IMG/VR virus record: IMGVR_UViG_3300048591_000147
Location: 250,957-314,956 of that record
Strand: one strand, 5' to 3'
DNA: 64,000 nucleotides
Shown: piece by piece, positions 20,711 through 29,873 of the stretch
Position numbering within the stretch: the stretch's first letter is position 1
Layout: every line of letters begins with the position of its first letter
Made by a program: the position numbers and the translations under genes
Notes under the pieces: model-generated
What the model was told of the DNA's origin: nothing
Seen by the model: the letters and a program-made list of their open reading frames with translations, nothing else
The model's database searches: none

Positions 20711-20988
20711 AGTAATATCAACACCTTAATCTCGTCTATGGTTGTTACAGTTATTTCTATTGTATTTAGATCTACTATTTTAATTTTATCCGGGATTATG
20801 GGCGAGTTGTTATCATCAAATACGAAACATAGCACTGCATTTGTGCTTGCATTGTGCTGTAATGTATACACGGTATTTCCAGACAATGTTATTACGCCAG
20901 ACGAGTCATTGTTGTCATTATCGAAAATGACTTTCTCACCTGTGTTCAAGTCTAGGTATTGTTGGTAGTATCTTTTTGTCATTATCAT
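20707..20988 (-). CDS. hypothetical protein
   Basis: 93-aa ORF. Confidence 0.5.
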   Translation of the reverse strand: MIMTKRYYQQYLDLNTGEKVIFDNDNNDSSGVITLSGNTVYTLQHNASTNAVLCFVFDDNNSPIIPDKIKIVDLNTIEITVTTIDEIKVLILL

Positions 20989-21036
20989 ATTTATGAAATT
21001 GGTTTTAATAAATATACAAAACAGGCAATATACTAC

Positions 21037-21687
21037 ATGGGCATCATAAAAGAATACAAACTATATAAAATGCAAGAACTCGAAAGTAATGAGTTGGAAT
21101 CAGATGAAGCTGAAGGTGAAAATCCAGACTTGGATATACTAGGCGATGATGGTATGGAAGCATCAGTCGATGATGGGATGCCAGATTTTGATATGTCAGA
21201 TCTAGATGATGACGAAGCCGCTTCTATGGGTGATGAAGAAATTGATGGTCTGGATGATAACCTAGACGGCGAGTCCGACTTAGATATGACAGATTTAGAG
21301 GGTGAAGACTCTGACGAATTATCTGATGATGAAGACATGGATATGGATGACCTAGATTTAGATGATGAAGACCTAGATTTCGATATGGAAGACGGTGAAA
21401 CTGAGGGCGATGAGAACAGCGAGGATTCAGACTTTCAGGGTGACATAAGAAGCGTTACTGGAGCGTGCCTGATATACAAGCGCGTTGCTGAAGATTCCAC
21501 GTATGAAGAGTTGTGGGTGTATAATGTGGGCAAGGACATCAACACTGAAGTAAAAATCAGAAGAGCTATCCTAGATGGTACTGACATTAAACCACAATTG
21601 GGTAGATCAGAAGATGGCCAACAAACCGTCAAGGTATGGTCATTAGGCAATGTACAGTATTTGAATATATTTGGATTACCAAATTGA
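21037..21687 (+). CDS. Asp/Glu-rich hypothetical protein
   Basis: Roughly 120-residue acidic tract; AATAAATA upstream; ATG 21037 in frame with the track ORF. Confidence 0.65.
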   Translation: MGIIKEYKLYKMQELESNELESDEAEGENPDLDILGDDGMEASVDDGMPDFDMSDLDDDEAASMGDEEIDGLDDNLDGESDLDMTDLEGEDSDELSDDEDMDMDDLDLDDEDLDFDMEDGETEGDENSEDSDFQGDIRSVTGACLIYKRVAEDSTYEELWVYNVGKDINTEVKIRRAILDGTDIKPQLGRSEDGQQTVKVWSLGNVQYLNIFGLPN

Positions 21688-21725
21688 CAATATGATTTCC
21701 ATAATGTAGGATATAATACACAACA

Positions 21726-22034
21726 ATGGAAATCATCATGCAGGAACTAAAATACAACCCAACAACAGAAGAAGTGGAAGCGGTTCCACAGAGAACCGCT
21801 ATTACTGATTTTCTAACCGATCTACAGAATCTAAAATTAGTCCAAAAGGACGCTAGTGCTTCTTCTTTGAAGAAGGACTTAGCTAAGAAAAAGTACGCAA
21901 AACTCATAGCAAAATTATCTAGAGGGATCGTTCCAGATAGGTCTAAACAATATAGAATAGCCGACCAACCGATTAGCCCAGAGCTTCAAGCTGCACTAGA
22001 TGAGGACATGAGAGAGGTAATGGGTAATGGCTGA
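21726..22034 (+). CDS. hypothetical protein
   Basis: Downstream of TTGACA-17-TAGGAT (21684-21712). Confidence 0.55.
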   Translation: MEIIMQELKYNPTTEEVEAVPQRTAITDFLTDLQNLKLVQKDASASSLKKDLAKKKYAKLIAKLSRGIVPDRSKQYRIADQPISPELQAALDEDMREVMGNG

Positions 22035-22620
22035 TATAATAACTATTTCTGCGGCTCAGGGACAAGGTAAGAGCACCTTCATACGAGATATAATGGCAAA
22101 TTCTAAACACGCCAATGACATTGATGTGTACAAAAGCAAAACGGCAAGAAGTGTACTGGCAGAAATGCAAGTACCTCTCGAAGAGATATTCAAAGACGCT
22201 GCGCTATTAAAAGACTTTCAAGGCAAAGTCCTAGAAAAACATTTCGACATATTCTCATTTCAGGTGGAATCATCTAAGAAATTTGTTCTGGTTGAAAGAG
22301 GATTTATTGATATCGCTGTATTTTCAATCATGAATTTGGGTAGACTGAATGAGTACTCCGATTGGCTTGATGATTTTGTTGGGACGTGTATAAAGAATCA
22401 ACAGTCATTTGTGAAACACGCACTCTATATACCAATGCGCATAATAGATATCAAGAAAGATGCGGTTAGACCGTTTAACATGAACTACAACTTTGCCTAC
22501 GACTCAGTACTAGCGAACTATATGGAATTTGCTGGAGTGTCAATCGGATGCATTACGCAGAAAGACAGATTAGACCGGGTCACACAATTCGACACCTTAA
22601 TGGATAAAATTCATGAATGA
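22027..22620 (+). CDS. P-loop nucleotide kinase-like protein (AAA_28/dNMP kinase type)
   Basis: AAQGQGKST, VERGFID, D.VR. Confidence 0.65.
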   Translation: MADIITISAAQGQGKSTFIRDIMANSKHANDIDVYKSKTARSVLAEMQVPLEEIFKDAALLKDFQGKVLEKHFDIFSFQVESSKKFVLVERGFIDIAVFSIMNLGRLNEYSDWLDDFVGTCIKNQQSFVKHALYIPMRIIDIKKDAVRPFNMNYNFAYDSVLANYMEFAGVSIGCITQKDRLDRVTQFDTLMDKIHE

Positions 22621-23191
22621 TATGTATGTAATTTCAATAGATACGAACGGGCTTCCGGTCAATGGCGATTTTTCCAAAGTCGATATGGTAAGCTTTTCGA
22701 TAGTGCAGGTTAATTTTCATGACATGTCTCAGGTAAGAGAGCCCTTATCGGTCTTGATTAAAGTAGACAATCTACATGGTACTGAAAAGTACCATGGATG
22801 GACGAAAGAAATTATAGACGAGATTGGAATAAGTTTGGACGATGCGATTGCAGAGTTTCTGTCATATTTACTTATTGGCCATGATAATAGTCTAACCTCA
22901 AAGCTCAATAATATACAACTTATCGGAGTGAACATATATAATTATGTATTACCGATACTAAAGAAATACCTAGATGCATATGAAGTTAATCTACCGTTTT
23001 CTAAGAATCACATCGATCTATCAGGTGCCTGTAAAATATTATTGAATACCGATTACTTTGATGACACATTAGACGTGCTGGGCTTGCAGATGAATAGAGT
23101 TAGACATTCAGGTGTAAAGATGGACGGTATGATAGCAGTTGTAAATACGTTACGAAACCTTGTCATGGACCCCTTACTACATGGAAAATAA
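22613..23191 (+). CDS. degenerate DnaQ/DEDD exonuclease-like protein
   Basis: SIDTNGL, HG, LIGVNI, HIDL, RHS..MD follow DnaQ spacing but several acidic residues are missing. Confidence 0.5.
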   Translation: MNDMYVISIDTNGLPVNGDFSKVDMVSFSIVQVNFHDMSQVREPLSVLIKVDNLHGTEKYHGWTKEIIDEIGISLDDAIAEFLSYLLIGHDNSLTSKLNNIQLIGVNIYNYVLPILKKYLDAYEVNLPFSKNHIDLSGACKILLNTDYFDDTLDVLGLQMNRVRHSGVKMDGMIAVVNTLRNLVMDPLLHGK

Positions 23192-23474
23192 ATTTATCGA
23201 ATGGTTTAAAAAAGCAAAACCATGGTTTGATTCTTTGAAAGAACAAATCGAAAGTAATCAAAAGCTTTTGAAAGAGATAAACAAAACGCTCAAAGAGCAA
23301 GAGAAGATTATAAACGATCTGATCAAAAAAGAAAAAAAAGCAGGTATCGACAGTTCTCAGAAATTCAAAAAAGTCAGACACGAATTAGATATGATAAAAA
23401 ATGACGTGGGTAATATTTCCACGGCAATAAATAGCATTAATAAAAGTAGGATAGTAACAAATGGAAGAAAATAG
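23160..23474 (+). CDS. hypothetical coiled-coil protein
   Basis: 104-aa ORF. Confidence 0.5.
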   Translation: MSWTPYYMENKFIEWFKKAKPWFDSLKEQIESNQKLLKEINKTLKEQEKIINDLIKKEKKAGIDSSQKFKKVRHELDMIKNDVGNISTAINSINKSRIVTNGRK

Positions 23475-23904
23475 TCCACAGGGGTTTTTCATGCCGACCC
23501 CAGTATCTGGAATGTCATTGTTCTTTAAATTCTTATTCAATTTCAAGACCATCAGTTTTATAGTTGTGGCAGCATTAGCGCTGACAATATACATACAGCA
23601 GAATAAGATTGATTCTTATAAGTTCCAACTTGAGAGCCAAGTAGCAAAAGCTGCATTGATTGAAAACGATTTGACATATTGTCGAGCTAATTTCCAAGAA
23701 CTCAAATTATCAGTAGAGAATGCGGCAGTAGAGAGTAAGAAGTTGAACGAAGAATTTTTTGACCTAAAGACAGAAATTGAAAGATTCAACAACATCAATA
23801 GAAACAATTCAAAGCAGATTGACGATATACGAAATAGTGCATTGGCCAATACCTGTGATGACGCTATTAAAGAATTGGTTGAAGCCATTGAAGGTGACAA
23901 ATGA
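23461..23904 (+). CDS. Rz-like inner-membrane spanin
   Basis: N-terminal TM (ISFIVVAALALTIYI) plus coiled coil, upstream of a lipoprotein. Confidence 0.65.
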   Translation: MEENSPQGFFMPTPVSGMSLFFKFLFNFKTISFIVVAALALTIYIQQNKIDSYKFQLESQVAKAALIENDLTYCRANFQELKLSVENAAVESKKLNEEFFDLKTEIERFNNINRNNSKQIDDIRNSALANTCDDAIKELVEAIEGDK

Positions 23905-24368
23905 AGAAACTAATCCTAGCGCTGGGAATATTAATGATTTCAGCGTGTGCTACGACAGAACCAAAAGAGACTATCATCTATGTCGATAAGCCAGTGCCAT
24001 TTTATATAGTACCATATCCAAGTGATATTGCGAAACCTGATTTTGAAATAGACAAGATAGACAAAAATAATTACGCACCCGGTCAAATTGCTAAAGCATA
24101 TAGAATAACAATTCAACAATATAAACAATATACTAATCTATTAGTCGAGGTTATTGATAAATATAGAGAATTGGCAGAAAAAAGTAAACAGAAGTTGACA
24201 GATTTAGAGACTTCAGTGGATGGCATGCAATCAGCAGGAAATCCAATGGTGCCTAAAGAGTCGTTTGTTGAGAGTAATCTACAACATATGTTAGAACTTT
24301 ATTCTACCGAAGAAGAGTTTAAAGAGTTAGAAAAGAAATCACAAACACAAAAGGTTGATATTGAATGA
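23901..24368 (+). CDS. Rz1-like outer-membrane lipoprotein spanin
   Basis: Signal peptide with lipobox ISAC, Pro-rich segment. Confidence 0.65.
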   Translation: MKKLILALGILMISACATTEPKETIIYVDKPVPFYIVPYPSDIAKPDFEIDKIDKNNYAPGQIAKAYRITIQQYKQYTNLLVEVIDKYRELAEKSKQKLTDLETSVDGMQSAGNPMVPKESFVESNLQHMLELYSTEEEFKELEKKSQTQKVDIE

Positions 24369-24682
24369 GGCACTTGAGAGATATTTTAAACGAGGGTAGA
24401 CCACCTAAAGCTAAGGGTATATTTGTGTCTGATGATACGAATGAACCGTATCCAAAGGACACGATGGTCTACATCCAAAAAGATATCAACAAGCGAAGTA
24501 AAGATAAGGAAATGGATTGGAACAGTCCTATTGAATTGGTTGACTCATCATTAGACGAACTAAATGTGCCGAAACCGTTAGCCTATATGAGAGAAAGGTG
24601 GAAGCAGTATCAGGAAATGATAGCGTATGCTGTTAGAAATTTGGCCGATTCTAGAGGTTTAAATGGCAAATGGAACCGTTAA
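24365..24682 (+). CDS. hypothetical protein
   Basis: 105-aa ORF. Confidence 0.55.
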   Translation: MRHLRDILNEGRPPKAKGIFVSDDTNEPYPKDTMVYIQKDINKRSKDKEMDWNSPIELVDSSLDELNVPKPLAYMRERWKQYQEMIAYAVRNLADSRGLNGKWNR

Positions 24683-24710
24683 ATCATAAATATATTAAAA
24701 GGGCGTCATA

Positions 24711-25619
24711 ATGAATAATTTACAAGAACTACAGAAGTTGGCGGGTATTGATATAACAGAATCATTACGTAGGACTTCGGAAAAAATCAAGGGGTTAGAT
24801 GGCCCGTTTAATACCAATAAGCGTAGAGGGTTGTACTTCGATCCAAAAGAAAATCGTTTCTATGATAGAAATAGCGACCATTACGTTGACTTGGTTGATG
24901 GCGAGGACGATCCACGTAAGGCACAAGTTAAAACAATAACAGATGCTAAGAATATTGACGAGGAAGTAGAAGTCAAAGAAGCTGTAGATGCGCCTAGATT
25001 CGACCACGCAGCATATAAGGCAAAGGTTCGTACTATGTCAGATGATGCATTGCGATTCACTATGAAAGATGCACATGAAGCTATTAAGGCAAATCCAGAT
25101 AGTGAGAAGGCCAAATCAGGGTATTATGCTGATGAGATTAATTATTGTTCAGATGAACTACATAGACGTAAGACGACCAACGAATCAACAACACCAGAAA
25201 AGGTAGGCTTACTATTTGATCCCAATGACTTTGTCAAGCAGATGGAGAAGACCTTTAGGGATAGTGTGGAGTCAATATCTTATCATCACACAGATGCTGA
25301 TGCTGACCGCGCAGATAAGTACAAGTTACCTAAAGATGTCAAAAAGGCATGTACTGAAAGAATAGCAGAGCTTAAAGCGGCTATTGACGTTGAAGATGAT
25401 AAAGGTTATAATGATAAGAGCATTAAAGAGCAGGCAATTGAATGTATAGAACAGATTCTTCAGAATCTTTCTTCTAATGACGCAGAAGGCTTCAAACAGT
25501 CCGTCATATATTTGGACACCTTAATGTCTATATTGGTAGATTTGATGCCTGCGCAGTTACTAAAATATTTGAGAGTAGGTAGAAATTATGGCAAAGATCC
25601 TTCCACCGAACCCGTGTGA
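24711..25619 (+). CDS. putative internal head protein
   Basis: CATAAATA upstream; LQELQKLAGI...ITES and VKEA segments suggest a processed head protein (inference). Confidence 0.45.
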   Translation: MNNLQELQKLAGIDITESLRRTSEKIKGLDGPFNTNKRRGLYFDPKENRFYDRNSDHYVDLVDGEDDPRKAQVKTITDAKNIDEEVEVKEAVDAPRFDHAAYKAKVRTMSDDALRFTMKDAHEAIKANPDSEKAKSGYYADEINYCSDELHRRKTTNESTTPEKVGLLFDPNDFVKQMEKTFRDSVESISYHHTDADADRADKYKLPKDVKKACTERIAELKAAIDVEDDKGYNDKSIKEQAIECIEQILQNLSSNDAEGFKQSVIYLDTLMSILVDLMPAQLLKYLRVGRNYGKDPSTEPV

Positions 25620-25625
25620 TCACAC

Positions 25626-25793
25626 ATGATAATATGCGTCTGTGAGGGTTTATCCTCAGACCAGATAGTAAAAATCATAAAAACCTCGTCTTCTATAGAC
25701 GAGGTTTTTTGCTCTGGGGCTGGCACATGGTGTGGTTGCTGTAGAGGCACGATCCATGCTATGATTGAGGATCACAATAAAGATTTGAGTTAA
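25626..25793 (+). CDS. bfd: BFD-like [2Fe-2S] protein (55 aa, not in ORF track)
   Basis: MIICVCEGLS...GAGTWCGCC: CxC...CxxC pattern of bacterioferritin-associated ferredoxin. Confidence 0.75.
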   Translation: MIICVCEGLSSDQIVKIIKTSSSIDEVFCSGAGTWCGCCRGTIHAMIEDHNKDLS

Positions 25794-25796
25794 ATT

Positions 25797-26417
25797 ATGA
25801 TAGAATACCCTTCGATTAGAAACACTGGAAAGTATAAAAGAATTCCAGTTATGTTGTTTGATAAAGTGGATGGGTCTAACATCCGCGCAAAGTGGACTCG
25901 TAAAGGTGGGTTCAAAACGTTTGGAACGCGAACACAGTTAGTCAATGAAGACACTCCGTTTTGGGGTGACGTGATCACGCTCTTTAATGAAAGTTTAGCT
26001 GATAAATTGAACACCTATTTTAGTAAACTGAAGGCAGATAAACTGATAGTTTTTGGAGAGTTCTATGGCCATAACTCATTTGCTGGAAGACACGTCGATG
26101 AGGCGCATAGTATTGTACCATTTGACGTATATGACGAAAAAATAAAAGCGTTTATGCCTCCAGAGAAGTTCTACAACGAATTAGGCTCTATAGTTACCAT
26201 TCCTAAAGTATGGGAGACTAATGTAGAGTTAAATGCTGAACTGATTCAAAGTGTTAGATGCGGCTACTATGGGGTATTTGAGGGTGTCATCTGTAAGGGT
26301 TTACACCGTGATGGTTCCTTCTCTGGTGGTGTACCAATGTATAAAATTAAAACAACATCTTACCTTCAGAAATTAAAAGAAACATTCAAACATGACTGGG
26401 AGCGATACGCAGAATGA
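25797..26417 (+). CDS. RNA ligase (Rnl2-like nucleotidyltransferase)
   Basis: KVDGSN (motif I), FGEFYG, FDV, EGVICK, KIK. Confidence 0.75.
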   Translation: MIEYPSIRNTGKYKRIPVMLFDKVDGSNIRAKWTRKGGFKTFGTRTQLVNEDTPFWGDVITLFNESLADKLNTYFSKLKADKLIVFGEFYGHNSFAGRHVDEAHSIVPFDVYDEKIKAFMPPEKFYNELGSIVTIPKVWETNVELNAELIQSVRCGYYGVFEGVICKGLHRDGSFSGGVPMYKIKTTSYLQKLKETFKHDWERYAE

Positions 26418-26584
26418 AAACATACGCAGAGTATACATTTAGAATATTACTGTTGGCAGTTTGGATTGCTGGAATTGTATTGGCCAAGGGTTTCTGGTCA
26501 ACATTTTTTGCAATATTTTTTGCACCATATTCATGGTATCTTGTGATGGAGAGGGTGCTGACCATGAACGGGATCATTACTTGA
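26414..26584 (+). CDS. small membrane protein (56 aa, not in ORF track)
   Basis: LLLAVWIAGIVLAKGFWSTFFAIFFAPYSWYLV; ATGA overlap with the ligase stop. Confidence 0.6.
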   Translation: MKTYAEYTFRILLLAVWIAGIVLAKGFWSTFFAIFFAPYSWYLVMERVLTMNGIIT

Positions 26585-26637
26585 CGATCACGCGAAATCG
26601 TGGGATCATATGTCATCAAATTAAAGGTTATACGAAC

Positions 26638-26892
26638 ATGACTGACGCAGAACAGATGGAAAAGGTCTTAGTGGAGATGAGTAAGGGCTGGAAAAAATTT
26701 CTAGAGTCCTTCAATTCTTTTAAAAATCAAGAAATTTCAGAGGCTGCATTTCTGCTACAAGCATCATGCATAATTATGAACAATACCTATCTCTTCACTG
26801 ATACGAGTGATGAGCCAACGGATATTATAGATCATCTTCCACCAGCACTTGAGATGGAAGTTAGTGATATGTTGGATGACGGAGCACTCTAA
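26638..26892 (+). CDS. hypothetical protein
   Basis: Start moved to ATG 26638 because the upstream part overlaps the membrane-protein gene. Confidence 0.5.
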   Translation: MTDAEQMEKVLVEMSKGWKKFLESFNSFKNQEISEAAFLLQASCIIMNNTYLFTDTSDEPTDIIDHLPPALEMEVSDMLDDGAL

Positions 26893-27530
26893 TGGCTAAT
26901 CTACCTGAAATCATTCGCAATGTTGATGGGTTATATGAAGGTGATTTAAGACATTATTTTAAAGTGGTTCTAGAGTGTGCAAAAAACCTTAAGAATCCAT
27001 ACCATAATTTCCGTCACATGTTTCATGTAACGTGGTTGTGTTATGATGCGTGTATCCATTATAACGAAGTCTTATCACCTAAACAAATGCGTAGATTGCT
27101 GATAGCCGCTATGTTCCATGACTTCGATCATGCTGGTAGAAGTGGAAATGACGATCTGAATATAGAAATCGCGATCAGAGGATTGAGAAAATACGCTCAT
27201 CCTCAAGATGCCGATGATCTTGATGAGATTGAAAAATTGATTAGAACTACACAATTTCCGCATATCATCGCGGCGGATAAATTGAGTCTTTTGGGTGCTA
27301 TCCTACGAGATGCCGACCTCAGTCAGGGCCTAAGTCCTGTGTGGGTGCAGGAAATCATCTTTGGGCTTTCGTCTGAAATGTGCGTTGATCCAATCGATGT
27401 ATTCAAGATGCAGGCTGGATTCTTTTCGAATTTGAAGTTCCTGACCGATTGGGCGCAACTCAAATTTCCAGAGTCCTTGGTGAAAGACAAGATTAAAGAA
27501 GCTCAGGATTATTTGGAGATTATCGGATGA
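26892..27530 (+). CDS. HD-domain phosphohydrolase with class I PDE-like motifs
   Basis: PYHNFRH, AAMFHDFDHAG, DADLS, QAGFF. Confidence 0.75.
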   Translation: MANLPEIIRNVDGLYEGDLRHYFKVVLECAKNLKNPYHNFRHMFHVTWLCYDACIHYNEVLSPKQMRRLLIAAMFHDFDHAGRSGNDDLNIEIAIRGLRKYAHPQDADDLDEIEKLIRTTQFPHIIAADKLSLLGAILRDADLSQGLSPVWVQEIIFGLSSEMCVDPIDVFKMQAGFFSNLKFLTDWAQLKFPESLVKDKIKEAQDYLEIIG

Positions 27531-27931
27531 ATGACGCATCAAACATGATTGGAAATTATGTAGCAGTTGTACACACTGCGAAACAATTGTTCAAATATAA
27601 GTTATATGAATGTGTGAGGATAGATCTGCTGGGGGATAAAAAGGAATCTTTGTACGTAATGCATGTGGCTCAACCAGAGTCAGATGCCTATGTATCAGTT
27701 CGCATATCGAGATATACAGGATATGTGAGTCCAGATACCAATAAGTTAGAAACAACACTGTATCCACATCTTGTGGCGCTCTTATCTCCATCTGAGATGT
27801 TAGGCGCGTATGATGAATACGGTTTCTCTAAAGAGGAAATACCATTGATACTACAGCAGTTGACTGATACCGCATCCAGACAGATAGCCAAAACAGAGAT
27901 TTTAGAAACTGAAGGCATTGTGTATATATGA
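27527..27931 (+). CDS. hypothetical protein
   Basis: 134-aa ORF coupled on both sides. Confidence 0.55.
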   Translation: MNDASNMIGNYVAVVHTAKQLFKYKLYECVRIDLLGDKKESLYVMHVAQPESDAYVSVRISRYTGYVSPDTNKLETTLYPHLVALLSPSEMLGAYDEYGFSKEEIPLILQQLTDTASRQIAKTEILETEGIVYI

Positions 27932-28350
27932 AGCACACAACTTATAACGTAATTTTGAAAGAAGCTGGCGTAAAGGATAGATTCGGAAGAATGTACCCAC
28001 TTGACGAGTTGCAGAAGCTGTGCGATCATATAAACGAGAATACACCGTTTGGCAAGATAGGCGCTGATGACGCAGGGGCGGCAGGAATAGAGTTAGAGAA
28101 AGTATCGCATTCGATAACAAACGCAATCATAAAAGATAACAAATTGATGGTAACACTGAAAGTGCTACCCACACCACAGGGTGAGATTTTGTTAGATAAA
28201 TTGAACAATTATGAAGAACGATCTGGTAATGGTGGACTTCTTGATCGTGATCATGTTATGATGAATGGTGTTGGACATGTAGATGGTGATGGTACGGTAA
28301 AAAACTATTCATTACTTTCAATAAATGTAAAAGCTGATTTAGAATCATAA
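27928..28350 (+). CDS. degenerate gp21 prohead-protease-like protein
   Basis: DRFGRMYP, IELEKVSHSI, KVLPTPQGEIL resemble gp21; GELxHP and SSRG catalytic motifs are absent. Confidence 0.5.
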   Translation: MKHTTYNVILKEAGVKDRFGRMYPLDELQKLCDHINENTPFGKIGADDAGAAGIELEKVSHSITNAIIKDNKLMVTLKVLPTPQGEILLDKLNNYEERSGNGGLLDRDHVMMNGVGHVDGDGTVKNYSLLSINVKADLES

Positions 28351-28360
28351 ATAGATGTAC

Positions 28361-28382
28361 TGACCGATAGGAGTTATCGTCA
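28361..28382 (+). promoter_or_regulatory. RBS-enclosing bulged hairpin, copy 1
   Basis: TGAC-C-GATA-GGAGT-TATC-GTCA(TG). Confidence 0.75.
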
Positions 28383-29455
28383 TGAGTAAAAATAATCAAT
28401 ACAATTACGCAGTATATATTGGAAGGTTTCAACCCTTTCACTTAGGTCACCTGAACACCATCAAGTCTGCACTGGAAATAAGTAAAAAGCTTATTGTAGT
28501 TCTCGGTTCAGCAAATTCCCCACGTACAATCAAATCACCATTCACGGTCAACGAAAGAATCGAAATGATTCAGGCATGTCTGACTGGCGAAGAGTGTGAT
28601 AAAATCACCTTCACTTCCGTAGAAGATCAGCTTTACAACAATGCTAATTGGGCTGCTTCGGTTTTAAAGACCGTTGGAGAGATCACAAATGGCGATACCT
28701 CAATCACATTACTTGGCGCGAAGAAAGATCAGAAGACAGAATCCTATATAAATTTCTTTAAGCAATGGGACTATACGGAAACAGCAATTCTGAATTCTGC
28801 TGGTGGGAAAAATATCGATGCAACAAAAGTTAGAGAATTGTATTTCTGCGGACACTTACAGTTTGTCAAATCTGCCGTGCCAGATGGAGTATATAATTTC
28901 TTAGAAAAGTTCCAAACTAAAGCAGAGTTCCACCCATTGTGCGCACAGTACGATGATGCGGTAAACTACGATAAGAAGTTTGCGTCTTTTCCAAAAGAGT
29001 ATTCATTGAATTTCGTCACCGTTGATGCGATTGTCGTTCAATCTGGGCATATTCTATTAATCAAGAGAAAGAAGAATCCGGGTAAAGACCTCTGGGCAGT
29101 GGTTGGCGGGCATGTTAATCCAGATGAAACACTGGAAGACGCTATGATCAGAGAACTTAGAGAAGAGACTGGAATTAAAGTTCCAGAAAAAGTGTTAAGA
29201 GGATCGATTGTAGATCGTAAGATATTTGATCATCCTGATCGTTCATTGCGTGGAAGGGTATTCATCAAAAACGGTAGAACTATTACTAGTTCTTATTGTA
29301 TTAAATTAGATGATAACAATGACCTCCCCCGTGTTAGTGGATTGGACGATGCCGCTGATGCACATTGGTTCACTTTCTCTGAAGTAAGAAATATGAGAAA
29401 TAAGTTGTTTGAGGATCACTACGATCAAATCTTGTACTTCCTCAATCGGTTGTAA
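28382..29455 (+). CDS. nadM: bifunctional NMN adenylyltransferase / Nudix ADP-ribose pyrophosphatase (NadM-Nudix)
   Basis: GRFQPFHLGH, VLGSA, Nudix box GGHVNPDETLEDAMIRELREETG, DDAADAHW. Confidence 0.95.
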   Translation: MSKNNQYNYAVYIGRFQPFHLGHLNTIKSALEISKKLIVVLGSANSPRTIKSPFTVNERIEMIQACLTGEECDKITFTSVEDQLYNNANWAASVLKTVGEITNGDTSITLLGAKKDQKTESYINFFKQWDYTETAILNSAGGKNIDATKVRELYFCGHLQFVKSAVPDGVYNFLEKFQTKAEFHPLCAQYDDAVNYDKKFASFPKEYSLNFVTVDAIVVQSGHILLIKRKKNPGKDLWAVVGGHVNPDETLEDAMIRELREETGIKVPEKVLRGSIVDRKIFDHPDRSLRGRVFIKNGRTITSSYCIKLDDNNDLPRVSGLDDAADAHWFTFSEVRNMRNKLFEDHYDQILYFLNRL

Positions 29456-29464
29456 AATAAAGTC

Positions 29465-29486
29465 TGACACATAGGAGTTATGGTCA
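29465..29486 (+). promoter_or_regulatory. RBS-enclosing bulged hairpin, copy 2
   Basis: TGAC-A-CATA-GGAGT-TATG-GTCA(TG). Confidence 0.75.
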
Positions 29487-29833
29487 TGAAAACATTGCAA
29501 GAAATTAAAGAAACTGTTAGTCAAATCCAATTTTCTAATTGGGAATTCATCGTAAAAGAAAAGAACGATGTGCCGTATCTACAAATACAGTTCATGGGCG
29601 CCTGTAATAACACAGGGGACGTCGAGAGACAGTATTGTAGGAAGTGGCAACTGTCTTACTACATGGTAACCTCAGAGATCGTTAGAACAGCGTACAAGGC
29701 GGTTCTAGCCGCTGTCGAGCATGAGGCTAGTGAGAACTTTTATTACAAGAGTGCTAGAATATTCGATCCGCATGTAGATGTTGAAGCGCTTGTGGAAGTT
29801 TCAAAGTCTGGTAGAATAGAAACTAGAAACTAA
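29486..29833 (+). CDS. hypothetical protein (RKWxLS...EHE...F.PH)
   Basis: SD spacing favours ATG 29486. Confidence 0.7.
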   Translation: MKTLQEIKETVSQIQFSNWEFIVKEKNDVPYLQIQFMGACNNTGDVERQYCRKWQLSYYMVTSEIVRTAYKAVLAAVEHEASENFYYKSARIFDPHVDVEALVEVSKSGRIETRN

Positions 29834-29873
29834 ACAATTAACAACAATGCACAAACTATTGTCTAGAGAACAA

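Noticed and set aside
28361-28382. Known NAD riboswitch upstream of NAD genes
   Set aside because: The 22-nt single hairpin is too small and lacks the multi-helix architecture of the described NAD+ riboswitch classes
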